NCBI GenBank assembly: GCA_951406725.2
Contig: OX597818.1
Location: 3,658,001-3,722,000, forward strand
Length of the DNA stretch: 64,000 bases
Direction: 5' to 3'
Source: Octopus vulgaris
Lineage: Eukaryota
The translations under genes and the position numbers were made by a program. Numbering within the stretch: position 1 is the first letter of the stretch; each line of letters opens with the position of its first letter. This document shows, piece after piece, positions 1-13,119 of this stretch. Under the pieces are notes generated by a model, which saw only the letters and a program-made list of their open reading frames with translations, ran no database searches and was not told the origin of the DNA.

Positions 1-881
1 CGCTTTCCTTTCAAAAACAACTTCATGGCTGGGAAGAGGTGAAAATCAGAGGTCAGGAGAGTAGGGAGTTGGGGGAGGAGTTCATAGCCGCACGCCTGTG
101 CTTCTGATCTGGCGACACGCGAGTTGTGGACCGGAGCGTTGTCCTGCAGGAGGAAGATGCCTTTGCTGATCTTGCCCCGCCTCTTGATTTTGATAGCTTC
201 TCTTAATTTCTTTAAAAGTGAAGCATAATAGGCTCCTGTAATTGTGGTACCCTTTGCCAGGAAATCTGTCATCACTACTCCGTCCTGGTCTCTGAAGATT
301 GTGAGCATGACCTTGCCAGCGGAGGGCTGCACCCTTGCCTTCTTTGGAATGGTGAGTCACGGTGCTTCCACTGCATTGACTGAGCTTTGGTTTCTGGATC
401 ATAGTGATGGACCCAGGTTTAATTCTGTGAAAAATTTTGATTCAACTTCTTGACACATCTCCAAATTCATCCTCGAGCACTCGACGCGTTCTATCTTCTG
501 GAAAGTTGTGAGCGACCTGGGAATCCATCTGGCAGACACCTTTTGCAGATGCAAATGGTCATGAATGATAGTTTCCACAGACCCGGTACTAATCCTGACC
601 TCATGGGCTATTTGGCGAATAGTTATGCGTCGCTCTTCCAAAATGGCGGCCTCAACTTGACGGACAGATGCCTCATCAATGGCAGAAGGGGGGCGACCAG
701 ATCTGGGAGCTGTTTCCACAGAGTTCCGACCATGTTTGAATTCACGATGCCAGCGTTTTACAAGGTCATATGATGGGGCATCATCACCATAAGTTACTTT
801 CATTTCATCAAAAGTCTCCCGTGGTGTGCATCCTTTCAAATACAAAAACCGGATCACTGCTCGACACTCAACAGGCTCCAT
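1..881 (-). mobile_element. Mariner-family (Tc1/mariner) transposase, frameshifted, running off the window start
   Basis: ORF 399-881 has a Mos1-like HTH N-terminus (RAVIRFL...WHREFKHGR...PRSGRP...SARWIP). Shifted frames continue with YDPETKAQSMQW, SAGKVMLTIF, LLQDNAPVH and a YSPDL-like motif near base 50-70. Confidence 0.92.
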
Positions 882-1225
882 TTCACACTTGACTCAGTTC
901 AAACACCTGTAAATCAGAAACCACAATTGGTTCAGAGCTGTAATTTGCCACTTAATCTATAGAGAGATATAAATAATTGCACATGCAATCAACCCCAGGA
1001 CTTAATGTTTGCAAGCCTAGTGCTTCTATCGGTCTCATTTGCCGTAACGCTAAGTTACGGGGACATAAACATAGCAGCATCGGTTGTCAGCTAGATCAAA
1101 CAACTACAAGTGGGTCAGGGGCATTGCTTATTGAACGTCCCTCGTATATATATATATATATACTAGCATCGGTTGACAAACGATGGCTAGGAGACAAAAA
1201 GAGACACACACGAATATATACGTAC

Positions 1226-1289
<64 letters not shown>

Positions 1290-1292
<3 letters not shown>

Positions 1293-1450
1293 TGGTTTCA
1301 TCCAGTTACTTCTAACAAATCCGCGCACAAGGCTTTGGTTGACCAGGGGCTATAGCATAAAATACATGCCCGAGGTGCCACACAGTGGGACTAAATCCGG
1401 AACCATATGGTAGGGAAGCAAGCTTCTTACGACACATTCACGCCTGCGCC
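1290..1450 (-). mobile_element. tRNA-derived CORE-like SINE head (local copy 1)
   Basis: Reverse complement of ATAGGCGCAGGCGTG...AAGAAGCTTGCTTCC...AGTCCCACTG...GGCACCTCGGGCA; same family as the copy at 17920. Confidence 0.8.
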
Positions 1451-1480
1451 TATATATATATATACACACACACACACACG

Positions 1481-1570
<90 letters not shown>

Positions 1571-1573
<3 letters not shown>

Positions 1574-1732
1574 GGCGCAGGCGTGACTGTGTCGTAAGAA
1601 GCTTGCTTCCCTAACACATGGTTCGGATTTAGTCCCACTGTGTGGAACCTCGGGCATGTATTTTATGCTATAGCCCTGGTCAACCAAAGCCTTGTGCGCG
1701 GATTTGGTAGAAGTAACTGGATGAAACCAATT
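1571..1732 (+). mobile_element. tRNA-derived CORE-like SINE head (local copy 2)
   Basis: ATAGGCGCAGGCGTGACTGTGTCGTAAGAAGCTTGC...; inverted relative to the 1290 copy across a (TA)/(CA) spacer. Confidence 0.8.
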
Positions 1733-1938
1733 ATATATATATATATATATATATACAAAATTAGAAAATGGAGAAACATACTTAAATCAATCAAACATCA
1801 ACCATCAGATGATACCCAATCAATACTTTATTACACCATTACATAACAGCAAAGGCATTATACAAAATATATTGTAAATATAATTAGACAAGGAAATAGA
1901 AATATAAAATATAAAATATAATATATAATTATATCATA

Positions 1939-2049
1939 TCTGACAGCTGTTTCGGCCGTAAGGACAAGTATGCCTCATTTAACCTATAAGCCATATAAGG
2001 CAGGTATAAATCAGACATTAACAAGGATGTCCCACGGCCTCTTCAGAGA
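1939..2049 (-). ncRNA. Hammerhead ribozyme (PLE-type, extended stem II)
   Basis: Reverse complement of the motif at 3716-3826. Confidence 0.8.
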
Positions 2050-3307
2050 ATTTAATTTATTATAAGTGTGAAAAAATCCAATATAGACTCTCATTTATTT
2101 ACTTATTTAAATGTAGATATATACATACATATCAATTATTTATTTTAATAATATATGGATACATGTATACTAGTTTGTACTTATACTCTGATTGTAATTT
2201 TAATTAATTCTTCTTATTTATTTTATCACATTTTAATCTTAAGTAATTACAATTATTAACTTATAATTAATTTAATTTTTGTTATTTACTTATATACCAT
2301 TGTATTGGTATGTCCTCCACTGATATTATTTAATGCCAAATCCTGTTAATTATTACATTTGTAATGCTTAAAAGTATATTTATATATAAGTACTATGAAT
2401 GTTTACTCGCAAGTCACATATGAAAATATACGGTGCGTATGTGTATGTCTGTTGTTATACATGAGTATTATTATGGGCATGTATATTTGAGTGTAATTCT
2501 ATTAGTTCGTAGGTTAGGTTCTTTGATGGATTAATATTAATATTATAATGGCATTGGATTTATTACGTAGAAATGATATATATTTATGCTATAAAGAATT
2601 TTTGTCTTGTCTTGTTTGTTTACATATCCCAGAATATTTGCTATTTTGACTTCTTACAATTAATCTCTTATAATTTAATTGCTATAAACCGATGTCAACT
2701 TAGTATATGTATGTTTCTATGTCTATTGATAGTCAGACAAAAATTTTTAATCTATACTTTATAACTTAGCGTACATTTGATTATAACAAATTACAGTGAA
2801 ATCAGTAAACGTTATGTCATGTAATACCATGACTACAGAAAAAACGATGCCATATGAATTGTGTACCTTATGAAAAATTACATTCTATGTCTTGATATAA
2901 ATATATGTATCTTTATAACAAATATTTTATGGAAATATGTGAGTTGATCTTCTTAGTTAATATAGCGGCATTGTTGTCGTTTTGGAGAGGCTTGATGGCT
3001 GCATAGTTACGATTATACCTCTTTTATTATTTATTTATTTATGTGTTTGGCTATGTTTGTGGATATGTATGGGTATGAGTGTATGTGTGTGTGTATACAT
3101 ATAATTATGTATGTATGTGCGATGGATCTGTGGATGTGCGTGTGCGTATGTGCGTCTCTTGACTAACTAACCGTAAAATTTCTTTTGTGATTCAAATTTA
3201 AAACTATAAGCCAATCGAATCAATCTAGAATAATCAATATCAAGCGGACAGAAGAATTAGACTTATAGATATGTAGATGTCCGATTGATGTACTTGGTAC
3301 AGTCATG

Positions 3308-3382
<75 letters not shown>

Positions 3383-3715
3383 ATTAATAGTAATTTTTAT
3401 TGACTTTTGTAGGGTTATAATTTTATGAACTGAACTGTGTGTTTTTTTTAATTATTTTTTATGTATATGTCTGATTTAAATTTAAATGTGAGTGTGCATA
3501 TATTTGCCTGTAGGTTAGTTATGGAACTAGAAGTCCAATATGTAGAATAACTGTGTTTGTTAATGTATATTGATATATTTTGTTTATTTTGTATTATTGT
3601 ATTAATGAGTATATATATATGTGTAGTATTATGAGTGTCTATGCACACGTTTTTATATTTTATATTTTTATATTTATATGTAAAAAAATTTTTTCACACT
3701 TATAATAAATTAAAT

Positions 3716-3826
3716 TCTCTGAAGAGGCCGTGGGACATCCTTGTTAATGTCTGATTTATACCTGCCTTATATGGCTTATAGGTTAAATGAGGCATACTTG
3801 TCCTTACGGCCGAAACAGCTGTCAGA
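3716..3826 (+). ncRNA. Hammerhead ribozyme (type I, PLE-type, palindromic stem III)
   Basis: tct-CTGAAGA-GGCCGTGGGACA...TGTCCTTACGGCC-GAAACAGCTGTC-aga: intact core, long stem II, ACAGCTGT palindrome, GUC cleavage triplet. Confidence 0.82.
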
Positions 3827-4030
3827 TATGATATAATTATATATTATATTTTATATTTTATATTTCTATTTCCTTGTCTAATTATATTTACAATATATTT
3901 TGTATAATGCCTTTGCTGTTATGTAATGGTGTAATAAAGTATTGATTGGGTATCATCTGATGGTTGATGTTTGATTGATTTAAGTATGTTTCTCCATTTT
4001 CTAATTTTGTATATATATATATATATATAC

Positions 4031-4237
4031 AATTGGTTTCATCCAGTTACTTCTACCAAATCCGCGCACAAGGCTTTGGTTGACCAGGGGCTATAGCATA
4101 AAATACATGCCCGAGGTTCCACACAGTGGGACTAAATCCGAACCATGTGTTAGGGAAGCAAGCTTCTTACGACACAGTCACGCCTGCGCCTATATATATA
4201 TATATACATACACACACACACACACACATACACACAC

Positions 4238-4286
<49 letters not shown>

Positions 4287-4446
4287 GGCGCAGGCGTGAC
4301 TGTGTCGTAAGAAGCTTGCTTCCCTACCATATGGTTCCGGATTTAGTCCCACTGTGTGGCACCTCGGGCATGTATTTTATGCTATAGCCCCTGATCAACC
4401 AAAGCCTTGTGCGCGGATTTGGTAGAAGTAACTGGATGAAACCAAT
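4031..4446. mobile_element. Head-to-head pair of CORE-like SINE heads (4031-4190 minus, 4284-4446 plus)
   Basis: Same sequence as the copies at 1290 and 1571. Confidence 0.8.
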
Positions 4447-4600
4447 GTGTGTGTGTGTTTGTGTCTGTGTCTGTGTGTGTTTACATACTTGTAATAATTT
4501 CATATTCGTAAAAATCTTACGCCAACGAAATATGAAGAATTTTTGTTAGAAATCGCCCTTTGGAACCTTCCAAAGTAAAGGATGAAATAAAACTCAACCT

Positions 4601-4705
<105 letters not shown>

Positions 4706-6199
4706 AACAAACATACATACATACAAGAGGTATGCGAGGTAAATATATATTTATTTAACCACGTGCATCCTTAGAGCTATAGCCGCTTCATAATCTTCTT
4801 TATCAAGTATTAATTCCAGTGTGGAAAAATATGCTTATATGTGTAGCGGGGATTCGAAACTGAATCGTGGTCAGACATCATGAGCAAACAACCATTGTAT
4901 CACATGATTAGTCTATTAACCGACTAATCAGCGTGAAGCGTTGGCGTAGACAGGTTTTCTCGAACATTCTACTATTTGATTTCCGCTCCACTATAAAAAC
5001 CGTAGGCACGCTTTGTTGCCAGCCAGACGCCTCAGGAAGATGGCTAAGACAGTTGGCGCAGATAAATGACAGGAACCTCCTTCGTCAGGAATATAGCACA
5101 ATTGTTTATTATGTTGGTCAAGCCGCGCGTTGTCGTATTAAGAATTTGCTGTAAACTCCAAGCAGTATCTCTCTCCCAGTATGTAATTGCTGTGGACATC
5201 TGTAAAAGGCTAATTCAGTTTGTCTTTATGGACGATAATAAAATCTTCTGTAAAATGTTCGCCGGAATTGTTCAGTTATTTCTATACGCAGCCCAAGAAG
5301 CATATTTTCATTCATCAACTCAACTAGTCATCACCACAGACGAGACCAATAGCCTGCAGACCGTGGCACATGTTTGCATTAATATGTATGCTTCACATTA
5401 CACAATACAATTATATTTTCATAAATCAATGGAAATACAGAACGCTAGCTCATGAGATCACCAGAATATCATGGTTACACCAACGATGGGCTCGATGTGT
5501 GTGTGTGTGTTTTACTATCTACTTGCCATGACGTCGGGTAGTAGTTTTAAGCGAGTGTCACTATCATGCAAGAGATGCTCTTTATTTCCCGTCTTCCAAG
5601 TAATCATGTCTGGGCATGGATGCCATTCCTGTCTTCAATTTATGTTCCGTTTTGTGTAGTATATTATTCATTTCCTTATTCATTTTCTCCCTATTTACTT
5701 TATTATGTGAGTGTCAACAATTTCGCGCCGAAATTTGTCATATGGTGGCTTCGTCTCCTGAAAATTACATTTGCAAACAATTTATTTTCTTAAATTCCAA
5801 GTTGTTCTAGCAATATGGTTTCCATTAAGCGGACAATTACGAGAGTTTATTCAATTACAAGTGCGTCTGGTGTGAATATTAAGATTATTTAATAGGCGTC
5901 ACGTATTAATGGGGCTAAAGTTTTGTAACACAGATACGCGACTTTAATTAGAATTTTATAATATCTGTGTTTCTTTCTAAAACAAAGAGATTAAAAATCT
6001 CCTTGCCCGTTTCTGTTAGAGGTAGCGAAAAGTAATATTATATTTCAAGCAAATAGTCTGACGTCATGCTATAAATAGTTTATGAGCAAATGAAAAATAT
6101 CCTGGTAATCAACCAATCAGCTCAGATTTAATGATCAAACGTTAATGTGGACATGCGCCTGTGTATGTCATGAAAGATAAGAATTTTAGAGCTGCATAT

Positions 6200-6760
6200 T
6201 CGACATTGCATGCTTTACGAATTTCGTAAGGGCAACAATGCAACACGTACAAGAGAAAACACACGTAATACATATCCTAATGGTTTGAATGTTCGGAAAT
6301 ACCAATGGCGGTTTAACAAATTCAAAAAACGGTGGTTTCGCTCTTTTGGGTGGATATCGATCAGGAAGACTAATGGTTCTCAATATTGATGCAGTGAAAA
6401 CAGCAACTGAAGACGATCAACATAAATTTCATTCATATACTACACAAAACGGAACATAAATTGAACATAAATCTTGATCACTGTGCAAAATGTAAAGAGA
6501 AAGCAAGTATATTCCTCATATGTTTTCTCCACCCAAGTGAGTGCAACAACTTGCAATCCTTTACACTAGGAAGCTCTAGCTCACCCTTCCTTCTCAACAG
6601 ATCTAGCAACAGAGATTTTCAGTTATTCATGTCACTTAAACACTTTACCAGTGGAAAGACATTCAGAAGCAGGGACGATGTCGAAACGGCGCTCTAGGAA
6701 TCAGAAAACTGGTTTCAAGGCAGGAAAATATTATTGCTTCCAGTAATTATTATATTTTGA
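6200..6760 (+). pseudogene. Highly degenerate mariner transposase remnant
   Basis: Fragments GGFALLGGYRSGRLMVLNIDAVKTATEDD (second HTH) and STDLA...DFQLFMSLKHFTSGKTFRSRDDVETAL (YSPDL..DFHLF region). Confidence 0.65.
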
Positions 6761-6775
6761 ATGAATAAATATATT

Positions 6776-6990
6776 TGGTTTCAAATTTTGGCAAGGCCAA
6801 CAATTTCGGGGGGCGGGTAAAGTCGATTACATCAACCCCAGTACTCAGCTGATACTTTTTTAATCGACTCCGAAAGGATGAAAGGCAAAGTCGATCTCGG
6901 CAGAATTTGAGCTCAGAGCATAAAAGACGGACGAAATTCCGCTAAGCGTTTTGCCTGGCATGCTAACGATTCTGCCAGTTCACCGCCTTA
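6776..6990 (-). mobile_element. Second tRNA-derived SINE family; further minus-strand copies at about 8688-8790, 9394-9525, 12775-12930, 31928-32065 and 34825-35020
   Basis: Minus strand reads AAGGCGGTGAACTGGCAGAATCGTTAGC (A-box-like)...GAGCTCAAATTC (B-box-like)...GCCTTTCATCCTTTCGGAGTCGAT; recurs six times in the window. Confidence 0.8.
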
Positions 6991-7399
6991 ATGAATAAAT
7001 ATATTTACGATATATTTTATGCTGATTTGAACTCATTACATAAATGTGGCATTACTTTTCAGTAAGTCTAATATTTCTACGTTGAGAGATTCAGGCTTGG
7101 ATATATATTCTGTCTTATCTAAAGGTCCTCTACGTCTAAACGTAGTTTTGCAAGTCAGCGACAACTTTATATAAAGTCGGTTTATATCTATTAACATCGG
7201 AAGCTAAATTGTTGTGATTTTGCGAATGATTAGAACTCTTATTAATGTAAAAGAATCTTTCATTAGGTTTATGATAAGTGTTTTAGCCTCTAAATTTAAT
7301 TCTATATCTTGAAAATTAACTTTTGCAATGCTACTCTGGACTGTATTTTTTAAATCTAATCCACAGAAGAATGAAATATCATTAATTTAATTATGGTCT

Positions 7400-8130
7400 G
7401 CCCAGGAATCAAAATATGCGTGAGGTACAATCTTCCATACATATGTATTAGCCAATCAAAAACGTTACATAGATGACCACCTTGTTTTGTGGATCCAAAC
7501 AATGATTTCAATAAGTATAAAGTTGATGCAAGTTCCGCAGTCGGGGCGACTACATTTCTTTCATATTTATTGATGAGGGATTTTATACATATTAATGAGA
7601 GATTTGATGCTGAAAAAAATTTTCTTTAGAGAGTTAATTGACGACATTTTATAAATTGAAATCAGGAACGTTTTCTTTGAAAAAAAATCACTTCACCTTA
7701 ATTTATGCTATCAAATGTGATGGATGCAATAAAAAGTGCGTAGGACAAACGAAACGTACTGTGAGAAAGAGATTCAAATTTACTGGCAGCGAATACGAAA
7801 TCAGATACCAGACAGATTCCACTAAGTGAGCATTTAGACTTATGTGCAGCAAACAAATCACTTAAATTACTGGTTCTCCTTATTATGACAAATTATAGGT
7901 CAAATACCGACGAATAAAAAAATTATGTTCATTAAAAATACAAACCACGAACGTATAAGTTATAACATCGTATTAGACGGGGACATTACATTATTGTACC
8001 TCATAACCTCACCCACAAACACATAGACAACAATATATATGAGCAATTAAGCTATCACTCTATTTTTAGTTATTCTGACAACTTGTTCGATGAATGTGTC
8101 ATGTTCATACTGAAACATGTCGCATTCATT
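7400..8130 (+). pseudogene. Degenerate Penelope-like (Neptune-type) GIY-YIG remnant with a decayed hammerhead-like motif at 8084-8124
   Basis: LIYAIKCDGCNKKCVGQTKRTVRKR...QIPLSEHL aligns with the 20630-21076 ORF. Downstream: tgt-TCGATGA...GAAACATGTC-gca. Confidence 0.65.
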
Positions 8131-8868
8131 GGATTAACACCGATTTGACATACTTATCTTCTATACTGTCACGACTTATTCTGCAAAGATAACATAATTG
8201 TTGTTTATACTGTCGCTTACACATTCACTGATCTAATACATCCAAAATTTAGGTGCAATTATCGTTCATACAATCATATGACATTCTGACCTTGTGACCA
8301 GTTTCAACCAACCAAATTCTATTGCAGTTGATGGCAGTTTGAGCCATAACTTCTCCATCACGAGCAGAAGTTGTGGGTGAGTATCATAGCCAGATGTTTA
8401 AAGGAATTCTTTGGGGTTTGGATAATTCACCTTTGGAAACATGGGTATTTCGTTCAACATCCTTAAACAACCTTTATTCAGGGACCTTGTGAGCGGGATG
8501 GGCTACTCGACCTGAAGAAAATTCTAACGGGGCCCCACCTGCAAGGTCATCGTCGCACACGTGTGGTTGTAATGCATGTGCCTGGTGTACCCTAATCAGA
8601 CGGGTATTCATGATGGCTTCGTATAGTTTACCCCAGTGTCACTTCGATGGCATGCACTGCTCTCACTCAATAATACTATTAATAATCATTTCAAATTTTT
8701 GCCACAAGAGCAGCTTGGGGAAGGGGATTAAGTTGATTACATCGACCCCAGTGCCTAACTGGTACTTATTTAATCAACCACGAAAGGGTGTAAAAAAAAA
8801 TAATAATAATAATAACAACAACAACAACAACAACAACAATAACAATAATAATAATAATAATAATAATA

Positions 8869-9358
8869 CATGTACATTGTTTTGTCTTGGTATAAAAGAT
8901 GGGCTACAGCAAATATTCTGCTCAATACCACAGATTTGCTTGTCAGTTGTTTGACCTTAACCAGTTGAGCATGTCCCTTAGTGGCTGACGATATGTGCAT
9001 CTCTGATCATGAGCAGAAGTAGTGGGGGAGCATCATAGCCATGTGTTGAGAGGGATTCTTTGGGGTTTGAATAGTTCACCTCTGGAAACATGGGTGGTTC
9101 TTTCAACATCCTTAAACAACCCTTATTCAGGGACCGTTTGAGCGGGATGGGCTACTCAACCTGAAGAAAATTCTAACTGGGCCCCACCTGCAAGGTCATG
9201 TGCTGTTTATCTTGATATGAGATCACCATGTCGCGCACATATGGTTGTGATGCATGTGCCTGGTGTACCTTTATCAGACAGGTAGTCATGATGGGTATAT
9301 TGGGCTTCGTATATTTTACCCCAGTGTCACTTTGATGGCATGAACTGCTCTCTCACTC

Positions 9359-9389
<31 letters not shown>

Positions 9390-9390
9390 G
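8869..9390 (+). mobile_element. About 0.5 kb (AAT)n-tailed interspersed repeat (SINE-like); other copies at 8330-8685 (degenerate), 19128-19420 (3' part) and 62346-62996
   Basis: Near-identical to 62411-62902. The intact copies end in CTCTCACTC(AAT)n and are preceded by AAT-type repeats. Confidence 0.85.
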
Positions 9391-9566
9391 TAAAGGTTTC
9401 GAATGTTGACACAAAGCCAACGATTTCGGGGAAGTGTGTAAAGTCGATTTCATCGAACCAGAGATCAACTGGTACTTATTTTATCGATCCCGAAAGGATG
9501 AAGGGTAAAGCCAACGTCTGTGGCATGATCAGGATCATGATAATAATAATAATAAGAATGATGATG

Positions 9567-9635
<69 letters not shown>

Positions 9636-9879
9636 GTGATGATGATGATGATGATGATTTTGTTATATTTGGTGATGGTCGTCTCTTACCAATTAAAAAC
9701 ACGCGCACTATTTATTTGATCTTTACTTTAGCTTTCTTAATATTAATATTACTCTATTTGTCAGAGTCATTCCGTCGCACATTTTGTAACTGCTTCAGTA
9801 ACCTTTTCTTCCAAGTATCTCCTCTTGTCCTGACTATTCCATTTAGATTAAGAATCTTGAAAAACAAATACATAAACGT

Positions 9880-12740
9880 AATAATGATTTTATTAACCAC
9901 AAAGGGTTTATATTAAGAAAACATTAAGGACAGCTCAGGACAAAACATTGAATGTATCTGTATGCATGTGCGTGTGTGTCGGTGTGTGGATTTTGCGTGT
10001 AAACGGTTTTAACAATAATAAAAAAGGGAGGTAACAAAAGAATATTAGCAACGAGAATTCTTCAATAGGGAAACGTTCGAAGGCTGCTCGGGAATAAAAT
10101 CTCATAAAATCACGGCTGCCTTGACTTTTGAGGTAAGTGCCAGCTCTCATTTCTTAATATCCGATTTACAGGCGTATACTCAGGACAGGCCTATTCACTC
10201 AGACCATGTCGCCACTTTCAACCAATTTTTAACAAAATGGCGGGAAAACAACTCTCCCCTCTTCATCTTTATTTTCCTCTTCAAGTGCAACTTAAAGAAC
10301 CCGATGAGGGATTAGCCAAAGTGGTAAGTATTTGTTTTCAGCCTCTTCTGGAGTATGGGATTCAAGCCTCTTCTCCTTATCTCCTCAAAGACATACAGCA
10401 TCTCGAAAGAGTCCAGAAGCTGGCTACCCGCATGGTTCATGGTCTCAAAAATTTGTCCTACGAAGAAAGGCTGAGGACGCTCGACCTTTATTCTCTTGAA
10501 AAACGCCGCCGCCGTGGTGATCTCATTCTCGCCCACAACATCATAAGCGGAAAGTGTAACCTCTCGAAAGAGCTGTTCTTCACTCCTGCTCCAGAGCGTC
10601 GGCTGCGGGGTCATTCCGAAAAGCTCTATCTTCGATGATTTCATCTCAATCGAAAGAGAGGAGCTTTCTCCGTCCGGGTTGCGGATCCGTGGAACAAGCT
10701 GCCAGACGAGATGGTGAAGATGCCGACGACCGCTTTGTTCAAAGCCTCCCTTGACCTCAAGTGGCCTGAACTCTTTACATGAACACCACCCTGTACTTAA
10801 TTCCATGTCCCCCTACATGGCCTTGCTATTTGCTTTTGAGCCAAATTAACTAACTAACTAACTAACTAACTAACTTCTTTCGGTGTGGCCATCAGCCTTA
10901 TAAAAATTGGCTGCCCTTCCCAGTAAAAAGCAGACGGCCAGGCGATCTTCATGATAAGCTCAGCTGATAGCCAGGTCCGTCTCACACATAACAGCAAGTA
11001 TTCGACATAAACCCACAGGTCAGCAATACTCGGGTACTGAACGAATGTGTATAGGAAGGTTTCGTCTCCCTGCACGCATCTCGGATATGCTCAGCTGATG
11101 GCACAACCATGTCTGTAGAGTTATTTTGAACCAGCAATGCTCCCCGGTAGCATTGTCAGGCCAGGGATTTCTGGAAGTCACCCATCGATTCAGGGCTGTA
11201 AGTTTTCTGGAAGAGAGTGGCTAGTTGATCAGCTTCGATGTCCAGGATCTCTCCAAGAACGTTGTCGATTTTACTCTTCTCTAATCCTCTATAGGTCGCT
11301 AAGGTGGATTTTTCACCTATCACAGTGCCTGTTTGGCTGGAGGCTGTGAGCGCTTGAAGATATTCCACTTTCCAAATATTCTCTCTAGTTTTTTGCTGAA
11401 TCCAGGGTTGCAACTCCGTCAAGAAGACGAGTTGGGGAAACGCGTGTTCGACGAAAGGCGATCACACCTGTTCACAGTCAAGGAAGCGCTGGAGAGGTCT
11501 TAGCCTTAGCACATGTTTGCGTTTCATCATCATACCCAGTCCACTACGCAGTGGACGTTGACAGCAGATGGCTCACTTGACTATCAGAATGCGTCCTTTC
11601 CACAACACAAAAGAGTAAACGCTCCAGTGCAGTCAGACGGAGACCGGGACAAAGCACGACGGTCAGGTGGCAGTAGAGGACGTGTTGTACGCGTGTTCCA
11701 CCACCTGACCCTTCAAAGATAACTTTCTCTCGTCCCAGTTTGAGTGAGCGTAGCAACGCTACTCGTTACTTCGTCGCAGTTTTTGTTCATGCGGAGGTCC
11801 GGACCGAACAAGAACTCGAACTATTTAATCGGTCCGACTGCCCATTGATACTGTTGGTCAGCGTGAACTTGCTTCTCCAGGTGCCGAACCGCAAACCCAC
11901 TGACTTTTCCTGGTTAATTTTCGCTCCTGTTTCTGCTTCGTATTCTCTGAGAGCAGTACCGATTATCTTAATGTGTTCGATATAACTACGGTGACGTCGT
12001 CGGCATATGCCGACATGCATCTTCCACGTTGCCCCTAAATGTCTCTGCTTTGTGTAGTAGTGGATCGCGGGTCAGTACGTACAACAGGGATGAGAGGAGA
12101 CAACCTTGACGGACGAGCGTATGATGTTAAACGGCTCCGAAAAGTGACCGTTCACTCTGACCACTGAACAGATGTCGTTGTGCATTGTAATGCTCCATCT
12201 CCTGAATACGAGCAGAAAACTGACTGCTAAGATAGATGATTGATTCTATCAAAAGCTTTCGAGTGATCTAAGTTGATCAGGGCCTCACCCACGCCAGGTT
12301 CTTTAGTCACCTTCTCTATGGTGCATTGCAGAAGGTCGTAGATGGATCTTTTTTTAGATGTCGCATGCTAGCGTTTCCCCTACCTGACTACTGATGACAA
12401 GCGCCAACTTCGTCGCTAACACCTTGGACAAAATTTTGAACTCTCCAGAGTTATGGACCTAAAATTATGAATATAGTCCCCTTTGTTCGGGTCCTTTCTC
12501 AGCAGCACCACCGTTCCTCGGCTCACAGAACTGGTAATTATCCCGTTCTGTTGCAACAAGTTCGACTTATGACTGTAAAGCACGCAGAGCAGACCATCTA
12601 AAGTAGGCGATTTATCCCCCCTACAGCTTTTCATTACACCCCTGATTTCAGCGGCTTTTCACAATACTCTGTCTGTTGAGGTAGGCACTGACGTCCACCA
12701 CTGCTTCTGAACAGCTGAACGATATGTTGATGAAAAGCCG
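9880..12740 (-). mobile_element. Degenerate 5'-truncated Tx1-clade LINE (ORF2 RT and C-terminus), interrupted by a CR1-type fragment
   Basis: Fragments homologous to ORF2 at 35995-39424 (KSPTLDGL, LLRKDPNKGD, GAKINQEKSVGL, DETFLYTFVQYPSIA). The 3' end TTTTATTAACCACAAAGGG resembles the other Tx1 copies. Confidence 0.88.
10335..10875 (+). mobile_element. CR1/L2-group LINE 3' fragment with (TAAC)n tail
   Basis: PLLEYGIQASSPYLLKDIQHLERVQKLATRMVHGLKNLSYEERLRTLDLYSLEKRRRRGDLI...RGHSEKL...FSVRVADPWNKLP, followed by a tandem TAAC tail. Confidence 0.9.
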
Positions 12741-13119
12741 AACATATCTGCTTGGGATCGAGTAGTCTACTAGAGGCACAAGACCTGAAATTTTGTGGGG
12801 AGAGGACAAATCGATTACATCCACCCAGAGCACAATTGGTATATATTTTATCAACCCCGAAAGTCCAAGTCGACCTCACCAGAATTTGAACTCAGAACAT
12901 AGAGACGGACAAAATGCATGCCAGCTCGCAGTCTAATAATAATAAAAATAATAATCTAGACGATGTAATGTAACCAAACACCTGACAGTGAGAAGAAGCA
13001 CAGATTAGGTAATGACAGACTAGGAAGAAGTGGTGTATTTAACTTCCTCTTACAACTGATTAAGGCTGCGCTACTACTGCCACTGTTGCCTAACTCCTAC
13101 TCATGACAACACTATCACT

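Larger units (their letters stand above)
1290..4446. repeat. Large near-perfect inverted repeat: arms about 1290-2076 and 3689-4446, with an AT-rich spacer of about 1.6 kb
   Basis: 1755-2076 is the reverse complement of 3689-4010. The flanking SINE pairs also match copy for copy in their diagnostic variants. Confidence 0.95.
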
